IMG/VR virus record: IMGVR_UViG_3300037307_000721
Source: a virus
Reading direction: 5' to 3' (one strand)
DNA: 64,000 bases
A program made the position numbers and the translations under genes. This document shows positions 62,568 through 64,000 of this stretch, one piece after another. How positions within the stretch are numbered: the first letter of the stretch is position 1; each line of letters opens with the position of its first letter. The notes beneath the pieces were generated by a model that ran no database searches, was not told the origin of the DNA, and saw nothing but the letters and a program-made list of their open reading frames with translations.

Positions 62568-62571
62568 GGTC

Positions 62572-62766
62572 GTGGCCGAGACCGAGAAAGAGCTTCCGTT
62601 CGGAGCCCATGGGTTCCAACCACCGCCGTGGACGCCGACGCCCTCGGTGCTTGGCGACCACCTCATCGACATCCTGCCGTCAGGGCGACCCGGCGTCGTG
62701 CTCTACGGCGTGCCGAAGAAGCTCGCGCGCAAGTTGATCTTGACGGCCAACAGCTTCAGCAGGTGA
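62572..62766 (+). CDS. Hypothetical protein
   Basis: GTG after GGAGGT, 64 aa. Confidence 0.45.
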   Translation: MAETEKELPFGAHGFQPPPWTPTPSVLGDHLIDILPSGRPGVVLYGVPKKLARKLILTANSFSR

Positions 62767-62769
62767 CCC

Positions 62770-63024
62770 ATGCCCAAGTGCTTGCTCACACCGACGCAGA
62801 AGGCGAAGTACACCAAGACGTTCTTCATCCGCGTTCAGCTCTGGACACCCGAGGGCAATCGCATCGAGATGGAGATGCCCTGGGTCTCGAAGCGCGAGGG
62901 TGGCCAGCTCCTGAAGCGCATGACCCTGATCTGCGGCGCGACCCACGAGGGCCGGACCAACGAGGACTGGGAAGCCCTCGCGATGGAGGGACTCGCCCGG
63001 GACAAGAAAGCGAGAGCGAAATGA
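62770..63024 (+). CDS. Hypothetical protein
   Basis: 84 aa, AGGT SD. Confidence 0.5.
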   Translation: MPKCLLTPTQKAKYTKTFFIRVQLWTPEGNRIEMEMPWVSKREGGQLLKRMTLICGATHEGRTNEDWEALAMEGLARDKKARAK

Positions 63025-63968
63025 ACGACAAACCGATCGTCTTCTACCACAGCGCGGACCTCGACGGGAAGGGCTCGGCGGCCATCGTCGCCTACCACGA
63101 GAAGAAGCTCTGGGACCGCGAGTGCGAGTTCTACGGGATCAACTACGGAGACCCCTTCCCGTGGGACAAGATCACCGAGGGCCGCAAGGTCTACATGGTG
63201 GACTTCTCGCTCCAGCCCTACCCCGAGATGATCAAGCTGGGAGAGCTCTGCGACCGACTCGGCGGCGAGCTCCACTGGATCGACCATCACCGCTCCGCCA
63301 TCGTCGAGATGGAGAAGCTCGGCAGGCCCAAGGCCTTCACCGCGGTCGAGGAGGGCAAGGCCGGCTGCGAGCTGACCTGGCTCTACTTCAACCAGGACAA
63401 GGAGCTCAAGGACATTCCACACCCGGTCATGCTGCTCGGCCGCTACGACGTCTGGGACGAGAAGTGCGCCATCGTCCCCTGGGACCACATTCTGGCCTTC
63501 CAGTACGGCATGCGCCTGCAGGAGACGGAGCCCGAGAGCGAGCTCTGGCCGTGGCTCTTCGGCGCGCATGGCATCGACGCCGAGGTCGACCGGACCAAGG
63601 CCATCGTCGCTGGAGGCCACGCGGTCCTCAAGTATGAGGCCAAGCAGAACGAGATCGCGATGTCGGCCCTGTCCTTCGAGACCGAGTTCGAGGGCCTGCG
63701 CGCCCTTGCCGCCAACCGCGGCCCTACCAACTCGAAGCTCTTCGACTCGAAGTGGGACCCCGAGCGGCACGACATCATGATCAGCTTCTACTGGTCGCAT
63801 CGCGGCGAGTGGAAGCTCTCGCTCTACACCACCAAGGAAGGAATCGACTGCGGAGACATCTGCAAGAAGCACGGCGGCGGTGGGCACCCCAAGGCCGCGG
63901 GCTTCCAGTGCAAGACGCTCCCCTTTGCCATGGAGAAGAGAGATGCAAGTGCCCAGACTGCCCTCTGA
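63021..63968 (+). CDS. DHH/DHHA1 phosphoesterase (oligoribonuclease NrnB-like)
   Basis: YHSADLDG, MVDFS, WIDHH, GRYDVW, SLYT, GGGGHPKAAGF. Confidence 0.92.
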   Translation: MNDKPIVFYHSADLDGKGSAAIVAYHEKKLWDRECEFYGINYGDPFPWDKITEGRKVYMVDFSLQPYPEMIKLGELCDRLGGELHWIDHHRSAIVEMEKLGRPKAFTAVEEGKAGCELTWLYFNQDKELKDIPHPVMLLGRYDVWDEKCAIVPWDHILAFQYGMRLQETEPESELWPWLFGAHGIDAEVDRTKAIVAGGHAVLKYEAKQNEIAMSALSFETEFEGLRALAANRGPTNSKLFDSKWDPERHDIMISFYWSHRGEWKLSLYTTKEGIDCGDICKKHGGGGHPKAAGFQCKTLPFAMEKRDASAQTAL

Positions 63969-64000
63969 TCAGCTTCTGAAGCTGAAGGCGATGATCGAGC

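Larger units (their letters stand above)
1..64000. mobile_element. Myovirus-type phage/prophage genome segment (ends and attachment sites not in window)
   Basis: Portal, protease, capsid, sheath, tube, tape measure, baseplate, lysis and phage early genes occupy the whole window. No host housekeeping genes are seen, so free phage versus integrated prophage cannot be decided. Confidence 0.93.

Noticed and set aside
42942-63887. Long minus-strand ORFs opposite the plus-strand genes (e.g. 42942-44918, 48098-49531, 55470-56474, 62835-63887)
   Set aside because: Same shadow effect. The opposite strand carries recognisable proteins with SD sites.
1-64000. CRISPR array, tRNA genes, integrase/att sites, stop-codon reassignment
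   Set aside because: No spaced direct repeats, cloverleafs or recombinase motifs were noticed by eye. Genes end normally at TGA, TAG and TAA with tight coupling, consistent with the standard code.
63943-64000. Possible next gene starting at ATG 63943 (MQVPRLPSDQLLKLKAMIE...)
   Set aside because: Only 19 codons are visible before the window ends, which is too little to support a call.

Overview
The whole window is one high-GC (about two-thirds G+C by eye) tailed-phage or prophage segment. I see no host genes, integrase, terminase, tRNA or CRISPR. There are three blocks. (1) 1-41847, minus strand: a PBSX-like head module (XkdE-type portal, XkdF-type protease, scaffold, XkdG-type major capsid) and a complete contractile tail (sheath, tube, chaperone with a probable -1 frameshift, tape measure, LysM, hub, spike, gp25, baseplate J). 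About 13 kb of unusual beta-rich tail-associated genes follow. (2) 41987-53711, plus strand and divergent from the portal: beta-rich putative virion proteins, a permuted papain-like peptidase, a metacaspase and a holin/spanin-like lysis cassette. A signal-peptide RlpA-like glycosylase converges on this cassette from the opposite strand. (3) 54277-64000: a divergent promoter pair flanked by RHH/HTH regulators, then early genes (dNMP kinase, ThyX, DNA methyltransferase, HAD nucleotidase, MazG-like, macrodomain, ClpX-type zinc finger, DHH phosphoesterase). The standout feature is a 1797-aa ORF (34165-39558) in the prohead-protease position. It fuses two ASCH/PUA-like domains, a Pol-beta-type nucleotidyltransferase, two LigD-type 3'-phosphoesterase domains, an HxH-repeat segment, an ATP-dependent ligase with an unusual KxNG motif I plus OB fold, and a C-terminal XkdF protease. 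Hydrophobic-x-K-[A/S/E] motifs sit in essentially every linker, suggesting a self-processing, capsid-packaged nucleic-acid end-repair kit. One linker also hides an antisense TTGACA-N17-TATCGT promoter whose spacer is a perfect 10-bp inverted repeat. All product calls come from motif recognition by eye; no database search was run.
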